A stretch of 64,000 nt of DNA. Origin: Oscillospiraceae bacterium (GTDB lineage: Bacteria > Bacillota > Clostridia > Oscillospirales > Ruminococcaceae). Below are positions 37,240 to 47,509 of the stretch, piece after piece. The stretch covers positions 207-64,206 of the forward strand of contig JAZSEG010000316.1 of assembly GCA_045531575.1 (NCBI GenBank). The letters run 5' to 3'. Each line of letters begins with the position of its first letter. Within the stretch, counting starts at the first letter, position 1. The position numbers were made by a program, and so were the translations under genes. Below the pieces are notes generated by a model that saw only the letters and a list, made by a program, of their open reading frames with translations, made no database searches and was not told the DNA's origin.

Positions 37240-37424
37240 TATTCACATATTACTGTTGAATATTTCGAGTGATTTGTGCTTGAAAAAAATTCTGAATTAT
37301 GTTATTATTAAATATGAACTTTTATTATTTCGTACTATGCCCTCTGATAATAGTTTTTATATAAAACTATTTGGCCGTATACAGTATTAAGGTAATATAT
37401 CATGAAAGTGGAATGGTGAAAATT

Positions 37425-38789
37425 ATGGATTCTTTATCTTCATTATCAGATATCTATAATCTCGTAGTAGAAAACTGCGTTAAAGAATATGGCTTATCGG
37501 AATCTGCCCGTGAATTATGGCTTGATCCGCTTGTGCCAATGGAAATGAAAGGCACAACAGTAGTGCTTGCAACAGAAGATGATTTCAAAAGAGATACCCT
37601 TTACAGCTTTTATGTGAATAAACTGGAATCACAGTTTACAAACATAATGGGATTTCCTATCTCCGTTGAGATCATTGTCAACGACAGCAATCCTACAATA
37701 GTATCAAAGTTTGATAACATAAAGAATGATGAGACTGTATCAAACAAGATCGAAACTATGGTAAACGACAACAAGGTTACATATACTTTCGATAATTTTA
37801 TCGTCGGTCCTTCCAATAACCTTGCTTTTGCTGCAGCAAAGGCTGTTTCCCAGAAGCAGCATGAAAAATATAATCCGCTGTTTATCTATGGTGATTCAGG
37901 TCTCGGAAAAACTCATCTTCTTTCCGCAATACAGAACGAGATGCAGAATAATTTCCCCGGAATAAATATAATCTATATTTCTTCCGAGACATTTACAAAT
38001 GAATTCCTGCACTCCATTTCTGCAAATACAACTGAGAATTTTGACGAAAAATACAGAAGAGCTGATGCTCTGCTGATAGATGATATCCAGTTTATTGCAG
38101 GTAAAGAGCAGACAGAGGAGAAATTCTTCCACATCTTCAATGAGCTTTATAAGCTCAACAAGCCGATAGTTCTGACTTCAGACCGTCCTGCAAAGGAGAT
38201 TAAATCCATTTCCGACAGACTGAAGACAAGATTCTCTTCTGGCCTTGCTGCAGATGTACGAGCTCCCGAATATGAAACAAGGCTTGCTATTATCCAGCGT
38301 AAGGCTGAGCTGCTGAACTTCAAGATACCGGATGATGTTGTAGATTTCATTGCAACAAAGCTGAAATCCAACATACGTCAGATAGAAGGCGTTGTTACAA
38401 AGATGAATGCCCTTTATATGGTATCTAAAATGAAGCCGACTATCGTTGTGGCTCAGAATGTCATCAAGGATATCGTATCCGACCATCAGCCTATCCCAAT
38501 AACCGTTGATAAGATAATCAATGAAGTTGCAAAGATATATAATGTTACACCTGATGATATGAGATCACCTAAGCGTGCTGCCAATATTTCCGCTGCCCGC
38601 AAAGCTGCTATTTATGTTATCCAGGATATAACAGGTCTCTCTTATGATGCTATCGGTAAGGAATTTGACAGCCGTGATCATTCTACCGTAGTTTACGCCC
38701 TCAAATGCGTAAAGAAATCTATGGCAAATGACAGCAGTTATCGTTCCGTTATTGAGGATATCATTAAGAATATAAAAGCCAATCAGTAA
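37425..38789 (+). CDS. dnaA: Chromosomal replication initiator DnaA
   Basis: YTFDNF, YNPLFIYGDSGLGKTHL, LLIDDIQF and RDHSTV motifs; start at ATG 37425 or 37413. Confidence 0.98.
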   Translation: MDSLSSLSDIYNLVVENCVKEYGLSESARELWLDPLVPMEMKGTTVVLATEDDFKRDTLYSFYVNKLESQFTNIMGFPISVEIIVNDSNPTIVSKFDNIKNDETVSNKIETMVNDNKVTYTFDNFIVGPSNNLAFAAAKAVSQKQHEKYNPLFIYGDSGLGKTHLLSAIQNEMQNNFPGINIIYISSETFTNEFLHSISANTTENFDEKYRRADALLIDDIQFIAGKEQTEEKFFHIFNELYKLNKPIVLTSDRPAKEIKSISDRLKTRFSSGLAADVRAPEYETRLAIIQRKAELLNFKIPDDVVDFIATKLKSNIRQIEGVVTKMNALYMVSKMKPTIVVAQNVIKDIVSDHQPIPITVDKIINEVAKIYNVTPDDMRSPKRAANISAARKAAIYVIQDITGLSYDAIGKEFDSRDHSTVVYALKCVKKSMANDSSYRSVIEDIIKNIKANQ

Positions 38790-39030
38790 TTTCTTATTAA
38801 TATGGTGTTATCAACTGAATTATCAACAAGTTTTTAATAATTATCAACTGCATGTTTAATATTTTAATCATTTCAACTTCTTCTTAAAATTTCAACATTG
38901 CATTATTGAAAATTTTTGATCGTTTTTTAGCTTGGTTATGCGGATATTTGAAAATTCCACATATTCAACACCCCTTATTATTATGATTATATAATATTAT
39001 TTATTTTTATATTTCATTTTTCATCAGCGA
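38790..39030 (+). other. oriC unwinding region (DnaA boxes, GC spacer, DnaA-trios, AT-rich DUE)
   Basis: TTATCAACT 38808, TTATCAACA 38820 and TTATCAACT 38841; tandem AATTCCACA-TATTCAACA 38953-38970; CCCC; TTA-TTA-TTA-TGA-TTA; then an AT run. Same layout as B. subtilis incC. Confidence 0.85.
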
Positions 39031-39042
39031 AAGGAGATCGTT

Positions 39043-40140
39043 ATGAAATTCAGCTGTCAGAAAGAAGTGCTTTTAAGTGCCGTACAGACTACCTCCAAGG
39101 CTGCTGCAGGAAAGTCCAGTATCCCTGCTCTTGAGGGTATACTGCTTGAGCTTGAGGGTAATAACCTCACTGTAACAGGCTATAATCTGGATATCGGTAT
39201 TAAAACTGATATTGAAGTTAATGGCGCAGAAAGCGGAAATATCGTTATAAATGCAAGAATGGCAGGCGATATTATCAGAAAAATGCCTTCGGGTGAGATC
39301 ACTTTCAGCTGCGATAGCAATAATATGGCTACTATCATAAGCCGTGAAACAGAGTTTTCTGTTATGTGCATGAGCGCTGATGATTATCCTGTAGTTCCGC
39401 AGGTAAATCCCGAAACAAGCTTCTCTGTTCCACAGAAGATGATAAAGAGCATGATAACTCAGACAAAATACGCAGTTGCTGTTACTGATACAAAGCCTGC
39501 TCTTATGGGTTGTAAGTTTGAGATAAACGACAACGTGCTTAATGTAGTTGCAGTTGACGGTGTAAGAATTGCTCTTCGTCAGGAGCCTGTAGTTTATGAT
39601 AATATTGAATTCATAGTTCCTGCAAAGACTCTGGATGAGTTGGTTCATATACTTTCGGATGATAGTGATAAAAATATTACATTCTGTATTGATAAAAATC
39701 AGATTTCTTTCAGCGTTGGCGATTATATTATGATCTCCCGTCTGATTGATGGAGAATTTATTCAGTACAACAAGCATCTTGTATGCAATGATGATGTATA
39801 TGCAGAAGTAAACTGCCGTGACATGATTGATATGCTTGACCGTGCTATGCTCATCATCAATGAGAAGAATAAGAATCCCATCCGCTGTGAGCTTAATGGA
39901 GATATTATCTCTCTGAGCTGTACAACAGGTCTTGGAAAGGTAAATGATAAGATCAATGTTAAGTATAACGGCGAGCCTATAACTATAGGCTTCAATGCAA
40001 AATATATGCTGGATGCATTCAAGGCGTGCGATACAGATACTGTAAAGCTTATTATGAGCAGCTCTGTTGCTCCTATAATCATAAAGCCTATGGCAGGCAC
40101 TGAATTTACATTCCTTGTTCTGCCTATGCGACTTAAATGA
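39043..40140 (+). CDS. dnaN: DNA polymerase III beta sliding clamp
   Basis: Follows dnaA; AVDGVRIA, SRLIDGEF, IGFNAKY and LVLPMR motifs. Confidence 0.97.
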   Translation: MKFSCQKEVLLSAVQTTSKAAAGKSSIPALEGILLELEGNNLTVTGYNLDIGIKTDIEVNGAESGNIVINARMAGDIIRKMPSGEITFSCDSNNMATIISRETEFSVMCMSADDYPVVPQVNPETSFSVPQKMIKSMITQTKYAVAVTDTKPALMGCKFEINDNVLNVVAVDGVRIALRQEPVVYDNIEFIVPAKTLDELVHILSDDSDKNITFCIDKNQISFSVGDYIMISRLIDGEFIQYNKHLVCNDDVYAEVNCRDMIDMLDRAMLIINEKNKNPIRCELNGDIISLSCTTGLGKVNDKINVKYNGEPITIGFNAKYMLDAFKACDTDTVKLIMSSSVAPIIIKPMAGTEFTFLVLPMRLK

Positions 40141-40220
40141 ATAGATCACTGGGAGAAGATTTGTAATATAAGAATGGGACTCCCGGAAGAATAAGACAAA
40201 AGAGAAGGGACAAAAGAATT

Positions 40221-40457
40221 ATGGAAGAAATAAAAATAGTTACTCCTTTTATAAAGCTGGATCAGCTTGTAAAGTTTGCAGGTCTTGCAGAAACAGGAGC
40301 AAAGGCCAAGATACTTATCGAACTTGGAGAATTCAATGTGAATGGCGATCTTTGCACTAAGAGAGGAAAAAAGATAAAGCCCGGTGATGTCATTGATTTC
40401 AAGAATAAGAAGTATAAGGTAGTGCTTGATGAGAATGCAGAGATACCTGCAGAATAA
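40221..40457 (+). CDS. yaaA: S4-domain RNA-binding protein YaaA/RlbA
   Basis: FIKLDQLVKFAG..ETG..AK and VNG....RGKKI motifs; lies between dnaN and recF. Confidence 0.9.
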   Translation: MEEIKIVTPFIKLDQLVKFAGLAETGAKAKILIELGEFNVNGDLCTKRGKKIKPGDVIDFKNKKYKVVLDENAEIPAE

Positions 40458-40460
40458 TTA

Positions 40461-41591
40461 ATGATTATAACTAAGATATATATACGGAATTTCCGTAATA
40501 TCAAAGAGGCTGAATTAAGCTTCGATAAAGATCTGAATATTTTTGTCGGGAAAAACGCACAAGGTAAGACTAATCTTATGGAAGCGCTGTCCGTATGTCT
40601 GGGCGGCAGCTTCCGCCATGTGCGTTTTTCTCAGTATATACCTGCAGATGATCAGAAAGCGGAGGTAATGATCCGTCTTTATTTCACCGATGATGAAAAC
40701 ACCCGTGAGAACGTGGTAGAATATTCTATAAATTCAGGAAAAGTATCGGTAAAATATAACGGATTGAAAATGAATGATGCTGCAGAATTATACGGAGTGT
40801 TAAAATATGTTGTTTTTATACCGGAACATCTTAACCTAATAAAGGGTAGTCCTGAGCTTCGTAGAAATTATCTGGATGATGTGGCGGTAATGCAGACAAA
40901 AACTCATCTGAAAAAGCTTTCTAGATATAACAGAGGGTTAAAACAGCGTAATAATATACTATCGTTTATTAATCCGAATATATCAATTGCGGAATTATCT
41001 GCGCAGCTTGCCAGTTGGAATGAGGTTCTGGCAGGGGAAGGTATCAATGTTACTTATGGCAGACTGAAGTATTTTGATTTTCTGAAGGAATATGCAGCAG
41101 AGATGTATTCTCAATTGACTGAGGGTGCAGAAAAGCTTGATATGGATTATTATAGCTCAATTTTTAAAACAGAAAGTATTAATTTTGATAATGTAAACTT
41201 ACTGTTTAAAAAATATATTACTGAGATGGATAATAATCTGGAATCTGAGATGAAACTTCGCTATACTCTGGCGGGAATTCACCGTGATGATGTTAATTTC
41301 TATATCAATGGTATGGCGGCAAGGGATTTTGCATCTCAGGGGCAGCTCAGAAGCGCCGCATTGGCGTTAAAGTTATCTGAGGCAGAAATTATACGCCGAA
41401 AGAATAAAACATGCCCTGTAGTCATTCTGGACGATATTTTGAGTGAGCTGGATCATGTGAGAAGAAATTTCGTTATTAACAATATTGAAAAATCTCAGGT
41501 ATTTATTACTTGCTGTAATATTGATGATCTGTCTTCTCTTAAAAATGGAAAGACCTGGGTGACTGAAAACGGCACTTTCAATGAGGTGTGA
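40461..41591 (+). CDS. recF: DNA replication and repair protein RecF
   Basis: GKNAQGKTN, GIHRDD, SQGQLR and LDDILSELD motifs. Confidence 0.96.
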   Translation: MIITKIYIRNFRNIKEAELSFDKDLNIFVGKNAQGKTNLMEALSVCLGGSFRHVRFSQYIPADDQKAEVMIRLYFTDDENTRENVVEYSINSGKVSVKYNGLKMNDAAELYGVLKYVVFIPEHLNLIKGSPELRRNYLDDVAVMQTKTHLKKLSRYNRGLKQRNNILSFINPNISIAELSAQLASWNEVLAGEGINVTYGRLKYFDFLKEYAAEMYSQLTEGAEKLDMDYYSSIFKTESINFDNVNLLFKKYITEMDNNLESEMKLRYTLAGIHRDDVNFYINGMAARDFASQGQLRSAALALKLSEAEIIRRKNKTCPVVILDDILSELDHVRRNFVINNIEKSQVFITCCNIDDLSSLKNGKTWVTENGTFNEV

Positions 41592-41592
41592 T

Positions 41593-41832
41593 ATGTTTCT
41601 GTTTCTTGGTGGCGATGTCACTGTGCATGAAAAGGATATTATAGGTATATTTGATATTGAAGAATGTTCTGTAAGCAGAATGACTGCGGATTATCTTAAT
41701 GTGTGTCAGAAAAAAGGAAAAGTGGAGTATGTTTCACTGGATATGCCGAAATCTTTCATAGTTTGTTCTGATAAAACATATATATCCAATGTATCAAATT
41801 CCACTATAAACAAAAGAGTTTCAAAAAAATAG
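41593..41832 (+). CDS. remB: RemB/YaaB (DUF370-like) protein
   Basis: MFLFLGGD....KDIIGIFD, PKSFIV and YIS motifs; lies between recF and gyrB. Confidence 0.85.
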   Translation: MFLFLGGDVTVHEKDIIGIFDIEECSVSRMTADYLNVCQKKGKVEYVSLDMPKSFIVCSDKTYISNVSNSTINKRVSKK

Positions 41833-41958
41833 AAATCACCTGTGCAAAAACTATCATGTTTACGCACAGGCTTTATTTTTGCGTTTTTAGAGATTTTAGG
41901 TGCTTATACGAGTACCTACTTTTTTATGGTTAAAAAACGATTTTAAGGGCAAAAACGC

Positions 41959-41987
41959 TTGAAATTTTTTCTGATTTGTGATATACT
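41959..41987 (+). promoter_or_regulatory. sigmaA promoter of gyrB
   Basis: TTGAAA-N17-TATACT with extended TG. Confidence 0.7.
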
Positions 41988-42104
41988 ATATATAATATTA
42001 GTGATAATGGAAAAATGTTTTTTTATCACTATAAAAATAATCAGTTTAGTGAAAGGCAAGGGTGACTTGTTTATCCTTGCCCTGTTTATTTCACGGAGGG
42101 TAAT

Positions 42105-44093
42105 ATGGCAGAAAATGAAAAGGCACTGGACGTCAACTATGGCGCCGATGATATTCAGGTCTTAAAGGGACTTGAAGCGGTAAGAAAGCGTCCCGGTATG
42201 TATGTCGGTTCTTCGGGTGAGGGAGGTCTGCATCATCTTGTTTATGAGATTGTAGATAACTCTATTGATGAGGCACTGGCCGGTTACTGTACCGAGATAG
42301 ACGTTTCTATTCTTCCCGATAACGTTATCCGTGTTATAGATAACGGTCGTGGTATTCCTACTGCGATCAATCATGCAGAGGGCATCTCTGCAGCTACTGT
42401 CGTATTTACCATACTCCATGCAGGCGGTAAATTCGGTGGTGGCGGATATAAGGTAGCAGGTGGTCTGCACGGCGTAGGTGCATCTGTAGTTAATGCGCTG
42501 TCCGAATGGCTGGAGGTAGAGATCCACGATGGCAAGAATGTGCATTTTCAGCATTTCGACCGTGGTGAATATACAGAACAAATTAAGATCATTGGTGAGA
42601 CTGATCACACAGGTACTCAGGTAACTTTTAAGCCTGACTCCGAAATATTCCATACAACAGAGTTCAGATATGATACTTTGCAGGAAAGACTTCGTGAGAA
42701 GGCATTCCTGAACGGTGGTCTGAAGATAAATCTTTCTGATCTGCGTGATCCTGAAAATCCTGTGCGTGAAGTAATGCAGTACGAAGGCGGTATTATGAGC
42801 TATATCGAATGGCTCAATAAAAAGCGTGGTGCTGATGTTCTGCATCCCGATGTCATCTTCCTGCACGGTGAGATGAATGGTATTGATGTAGAGATCGCAT
42901 TCCAGTATACCACCGACTTCAACAGTGAAGTATTCCGTTCTTTTGCAAACAACATCCACACAGGTGAGGGTGGTACTCATGAGCTTGGTCTGAAGAAGGC
43001 TCTCAGCAAGGTCATCAATGACTATGCTAAGGCTTATAAGGAAGCTAATGAGAAGAATAAGATCAAAAAGGCCACTAAGAAGAAGGAAGATGAGAAGCCT
43101 TTCACAGGTTTCAGCGGCGAAGCTATAAGAGAAGCAATCAACGCTATCATTTCCGTAAAGCTTCCTGAATGTGAGTTTGAAGGTCAGACAAAGGGTAAGC
43201 TTGGTAATCCCGAGGTACAGCCTGTTGTATATAAGATCGCTACTGAGCAGCTGACATATTATTTTGAAGAGCATCCCGAGACAGCTATGATAATCATGAA
43301 CAAGGCTATCAATTCTCAGGCTGCCCGTGACGCTGCAAAGCGTGCTATGGAAGCTAAGCGTAAGTCTGTAATGGACAGCAACGGTCTGCCCGGAAAGCTT
43401 GCTGACTGCTCTGAATCTGATCCTACAAAGACTGAAATATATATCGTAGAGGGAGACTCTGCGGGCGGCTCTGCCAAGAGCGGCAGAGACAGACGCTTTC
43501 AGGCTATCCTGTCCCTCTGGGGTAAGATGCTCAATGTTGAGAAGGCAAGAGCAGATAAGGTATATAATAACGATAAGCTGTCTCCTGTAGTTAAGGCTTT
43601 AGGTACAGGTATTGCAGAGGATTTTGATATATCCAAACTACGTTACGGCAGAGTAGTAATCATGGCCGATGCTGATGTCGACGGTATGCATATCAGAACG
43701 CTGCTGCTGACATTCTTCTTCCGTTTCATGCGTCCTCTGCTGGAACAGGGACATGTATACTGTGCTCAGCCTCCGCTGTTTAAGGTATGGAGAGGCAAGC
43801 AGGTAAGATATGCATTCTCCGACGAGGAAAGAGATCAGTATATTGCCGAGCTTATGGGTGAGAATCCTAATGCTAAGGTAGATGTACAGCGTTATAAAGG
43901 TCTTGGTGAGATGGATCCCGATCAGCTTTGGGAAACTACTATGAATCCTGAGACCCGTACGATGCTTCGTGTAAGTGTTGAGGATGCTGCAAAGGCTGAT
44001 GAGATCATGACTATACTCATGGGCGATAAGGTAGAGCCTCGTCGTGAGTTTATTGAAAAGAATGCAAAGCTGGCAGTAAATCTCGATATCTGA
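42105..44093 (+). CDS. gyrB: DNA gyrase subunit B
   Basis: EAVRKRPGMY, EIVDNSIDE, DNGRGIP, EGDSAGGS, DADVDG and RYKGLGEM motifs. Confidence 0.97.
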   Translation: MAENEKALDVNYGADDIQVLKGLEAVRKRPGMYVGSSGEGGLHHLVYEIVDNSIDEALAGYCTEIDVSILPDNVIRVIDNGRGIPTAINHAEGISAATVVFTILHAGGKFGGGGYKVAGGLHGVGASVVNALSEWLEVEIHDGKNVHFQHFDRGEYTEQIKIIGETDHTGTQVTFKPDSEIFHTTEFRYDTLQERLREKAFLNGGLKINLSDLRDPENPVREVMQYEGGIMSYIEWLNKKRGADVLHPDVIFLHGEMNGIDVEIAFQYTTDFNSEVFRSFANNIHTGEGGTHELGLKKALSKVINDYAKAYKEANEKNKIKKATKKKEDEKPFTGFSGEAIREAINAIISVKLPECEFEGQTKGKLGNPEVQPVVYKIATEQLTYYFEEHPETAMIIMNKAINSQAARDAAKRAMEAKRKSVMDSNGLPGKLADCSESDPTKTEIYIVEGDSAGGSAKSGRDRRFQAILSLWGKMLNVEKARADKVYNNDKLSPVVKALGTGIAEDFDISKLRYGRVVIMADADVDGMHIRTLLLTFFFRFMRPLLEQGHVYCAQPPLFKVWRGKQVRYAFSDEERDQYIAELMGENPNAKVDVQRYKGLGEMDPDQLWETTMNPETRTMLRVSVEDAAKADEIMTILMGDKVEPRREFIEKNAKLAVNLDI

Positions 44094-44103
44094 TCAATAA
44101 GGA

Positions 44104-44733
44104 GTGATATTTGTGCCGGGACTTATTCCTGATTTCGGTAGTATGAATGATGAAATCATGGCGCCGGAGCCTCTTCTTAGTTTCTGCTATGATAATACTC
44201 TTGAAGAAATAGATGGAGCTTTGAAATCCTATCAGCAGAAGTTCGGTACAAAAAGACGTGCCGTTTTGCTGATAGCATATTGTATACTTACAGTGGCAGC
44301 TATAGTTCTGATAATTATGGATCATGACAACATACTTCCGTATGCTGCGCTCGTGTTCTGTATATTCAATCTCTATTTCAATCTTACTGATAAGAAAAGA
44401 ATGAGAAAGAAGATAATCGAAGCTATCAAGGATACAAATCCTGAAGATTATACAGCTACGGTATATGATGATAAGATCGAGATAGATACAATTATCAAGC
44501 CTAAGGAAAACGAGATAAAAATGGATGAGGAGAATGATGAGGATATTGAAAATATCGCTCCCATTAAAAGCGTTTTCATATTTGGTACTGATATGCTTGA
44601 TTTTGCTGAGAATGAAGATTCTCTGCTGCTGATAGCCGCAAGACGTCAGACATACTGCTTCCCTAAACGCTGTCTTACAAAGGATCAGGAGGACAAGCTC
44701 CGTGACATCCTTACTGAAAAGACAGAAATGTGA
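44104..44733 (+). CDS. Two-TM membrane protein with a YcxB-like C-terminus
   Basis: Two hydrophobic helices and a C-terminal AENEDSLLL....TYCFPKR pattern; start uncertain (GTG 44104 or 44113). Confidence 0.6.
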   Translation: MIFVPGLIPDFGSMNDEIMAPEPLLSFCYDNTLEEIDGALKSYQQKFGTKRRAVLLIAYCILTVAAIVLIIMDHDNILPYAALVFCIFNLYFNLTDKKRMRKKIIEAIKDTNPEDYTATVYDDKIEIDTIIKPKENEIKMDEENDEDIENIAPIKSVFIFGTDMLDFAENEDSLLLIAARRQTYCFPKRCLTKDQEDKLRDILTEKTEM

Positions 44734-44777
44734 TTTGACTTTTTACTGGGATATATGATATATCTCAAGGAGGAAAA

Positions 44778-47408
44778 ATGGATATTGATTTCAGTTCAGA
44801 AAAGCTTATAAATATCGACCTTGAGGAGACTATGAAGGATTCCTTCATACAGTACGCAATGTCGGTAATTACATCCAGAGCGCTGCCTGATGTGCGTGAT
44901 GGTCTGAAGCCTGTTCACAGACGTATAATCTATACGATGAACGAGGCAGGCAATACTTCAGATAAGCCTACCCGTAAGTGTGCATACACTGTCGGTGAGG
45001 TTCTGGGTAAATATCATCCCCACGGTGACGCTTCTGTATACGATGCTCTTGTTCGTCTGGCGCAGGATTTCTCTTTGCGTTATCCGCTGATCCAGGGTCA
45101 GGGTAACTTTGGTTCTGTAGACGGCGACCCTGCCGCTGCTTACCGTTATACTGAGGCTAAGCTTGCTAAGATCTCGGATGAAATGATCCGTGATATCAAC
45201 AAGAAGGTCGTTGATTTTACAACAAACTACGATGATAAGCTGCAGGAGCCTGTAGTTCTTCCTTCCCGTTTTCCTAATCTGCTGGTAAACGGTAGTAATG
45301 GTATCGCTGTAGGTATGGCTACAAATATCCCTCCCCATAATCTCGGAGAGGTAATTGACGCTATCCTGCTTATGATAGAGGATCCCGAGGCTACTATTGA
45401 GGATATCATGACCAAAATTCAGGGTCCTGATTTCCCAACCGGCGGTATTATCATGGGTTACAGCGGCATCCGTTCCGCATACTACACAGGTCGTGGCAAG
45501 ATAATTCTGCGTGGCAGAGCTGAGATCGTTGAGGAGAATAACCATACAAGGATCATCATCAATGAGATTCCGTATATGGTGAATAAGGCTCGCCTGCTTA
45601 TGAGCATCGGTGATCTTGTGCGTGATAAGCGTATAGAGGGTATCTCTGTTGTTCGTGATGAGTCTGACAGAAACGGTATGCGTATCGTTATTGAACTCAA
45701 GCGTGACGCAAATGCAAATGTAGTGCTGAATAAGCTGTATTCCTATACTCAGCTTCAGGATACAGTCGGTGTTATCATGCTTGCACTGGTGGATGGTCAG
45801 CCTAAGATACTTCCTCTGCGTGATATGTTGCAGCAGTATCTCAATTTCCAGGTCGAGGTCGTTACAAGACGTACAAAGTATGATCTTGAAAAGGCTCAGG
45901 AGCGTGCGCATATTCTCGAAGGTTTCCTGCTTGCTATTGATTTTATTGACGAGGTAATTTCTATCGTTCGTCACAGCAAGACTCTGCAGGAGGCTAAGGA
46001 ACGCCTTGTAGAGCGTTTCAAGAATGTTGATGTTTCAAAATCGGGCCTTTTCCCGACGGGAACATATTCTCTTTCCGAGGCTCAGGCGGACGCTATCGTT
46101 CAGATGCGTATCGGTCAGCTGACAGGTATGGAGGAATCCAAGATCGCAGATGAGTTGGGTGAGAAGAGAGAGCTTATCGCAGAATATATGGCTCTGCTTT
46201 CTGATAATGGAAAGATGCTGCACCAGATCGGTACAGAACTTGAGGCTATTAAGAAGAAGTACAACGATGCAAGAAGAACTTCTATCGAGCCTGTAAGCGG
46301 TGAGGTGGATATCGAGGATCTTATCCCCGTTGAGGATTGCGTTGTTACTTATACAAATATCGGCTACATCAAGCGTCAGCCTGTCGAGATATACAATATC
46401 CAGAAACGTGGCGGCCGTGGCGTTTCGGGTATGAAGCAGCGTGATGAGGATTTTGTGGAAAATATGTTTATTTCTTCCAGTCACGAAAATATCCTCTTTA
46501 TCACAAATCAGGGTAATATGCACCGCATCAAGTGCTATGAGATACCTGAGGGCGGCAGACAGTCCCGTGGTATGAATATCGTAAATCTGCTTCAGCTTAA
46601 TGAGGGTGAGCAGGTTGCTGCGATGATGACCACCAACGATTTTGCCGATAATAAGTACTTTATCTGTATCACTAAGAAGGGTATAGTAAAGAGAACAAAT
46701 CTTTCTGAATATAAAAATATTCGTAAGAGAGGCCTGCGTGCTATCACTGTTGCTGAGGATGATGAAATAGTATCCGCATTCCTTACAGAGGGCGACTGCA
46801 CTATCCTTGTTGCTACAAGAAACGGTATGTCTCTTAGATTTGATGAGACTAAGGTAAGACCGCTCGGCAGAGGTGCAAGAGGTGTTCGTGCTATCAAGCT
46901 GCGTGATGAGGATTATGTAGTTGGTGCCACAAAGATATTCGACGATCAGGCTACTATCCTTACTGTTACAGATAAGGGTATGGGTCGCCGCTGCGCGATC
47001 AGCAGCTATCGTCTGCAGAACAGAGGCGGCTTTGGTCTGAAGAATTATCCTGTAAGTGATGAAAAGGGATATGTATGCGGTATCAGAACTCTTGGTCCTG
47101 ATGACGATGTTATCCTTATCAGCACCGATGGTGTTATCATTCGATTCCGTGCAAATGATCTGCGTACTATGGGCAGACCTGCTTCGGGTGTGCGTGTAAT
47201 GCGTCTTGGCGAGGACAGCAGAGTTGCTTCCTTTACTAGAACCGCGCATGACGAGGATGAGGAAACAACAGAGATAGAAAAGGTGTCCGATGAGGAGATC
47301 GCTGCTTCTCTCAGTGCTGAGGCAAGCGAGGTCGTAGAGCCTGATGTGGAGCCTAATGATGATGAGGAAGCTGAGGCACAGGCTGAAGCTCCTGATGATG
47401 AAGAATAA
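44778..47408 (+). CDS. gyrA: DNA gyrase subunit A
   Basis: [15 protein letters not shown] and RYTE motifs; GyrA-box QKRGGRG; acidic tail. Confidence 0.97.
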   Translation: MDIDFSSEKLINIDLEETMKDSFIQYAMSVITSRALPDVRDGLKPVHRRIIYTMNEAGNTSDKPTRKCAYTVGEVLGKYHPHGDASVYDALVRLAQDFSLRYPLIQGQGNFGSVDGDPAAAYRYTEAKLAKISDEMIRDINKKVVDFTTNYDDKLQEPVVLPSRFPNLLVNGSNGIAVGMATNIPPHNLGEVIDAILLMIEDPEATIEDIMTKIQGPDFPTGGIIMGYSGIRSAYYTGRGKIILRGRAEIVEENNHTRIIINEIPYMVNKARLLMSIGDLVRDKRIEGISVVRDESDRNGMRIVIELKRDANANVVLNKLYSYTQLQDTVGVIMLALVDGQPKILPLRDMLQQYLNFQVEVVTRRTKYDLEKAQERAHILEGFLLAIDFIDEVISIVRHSKTLQEAKERLVERFKNVDVSKSGLFPTGTYSLSEAQADAIVQMRIGQLTGMEESKIADELGEKRELIAEYMALLSDNGKMLHQIGTELEAIKKKYNDARRTSIEPVSGEVDIEDLIPVEDCVVTYTNIGYIKRQPVEIYNIQKRGGRGVSGMKQRDEDFVENMFISSSHENILFITNQGNMHRIKCYEIPEGGRQSRGMNIVNLLQLNEGEQVAAMMTTNDFADNKYFICITKKGIVKRTNLSEYKNIRKRGLRAITVAEDDEIVSAFLTEGDCTILVATRNGMSLRFDETKVRPLGRGARGVRAIKLRDEDYVVGATKIFDDQATILTVTDKGMGRRCAISSYRLQNRGGFGLKNYPVSDEKGYVCGIRTLGPDDDVILISTDGVIIRFRANDLRTMGRPASGVRVMRLGEDSRVASFTRTAHDEDEETTEIEKVSDEEIAASLSAEASEVVEPDVEPNDDEEAEAQAEAPDDEE

Positions 47409-47461
47409 TTAAATATCTGCGCCCGGGCAGGGGAAACCCATGTTCGGGCGTGTTTTCTGAT

Positions 47462-47477
47462 TGTTCCATGTGGAACA
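47462..47477. promoter_or_regulatory. parS site
   Basis: TGTTCCATGTGGAACA, one mismatch from TGTTCCACGTGGAACA. Confidence 0.9.
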
Positions 47478-47509
47478 AATGAAATAATATGTCGAAAGGA
47501 AGATGACCG

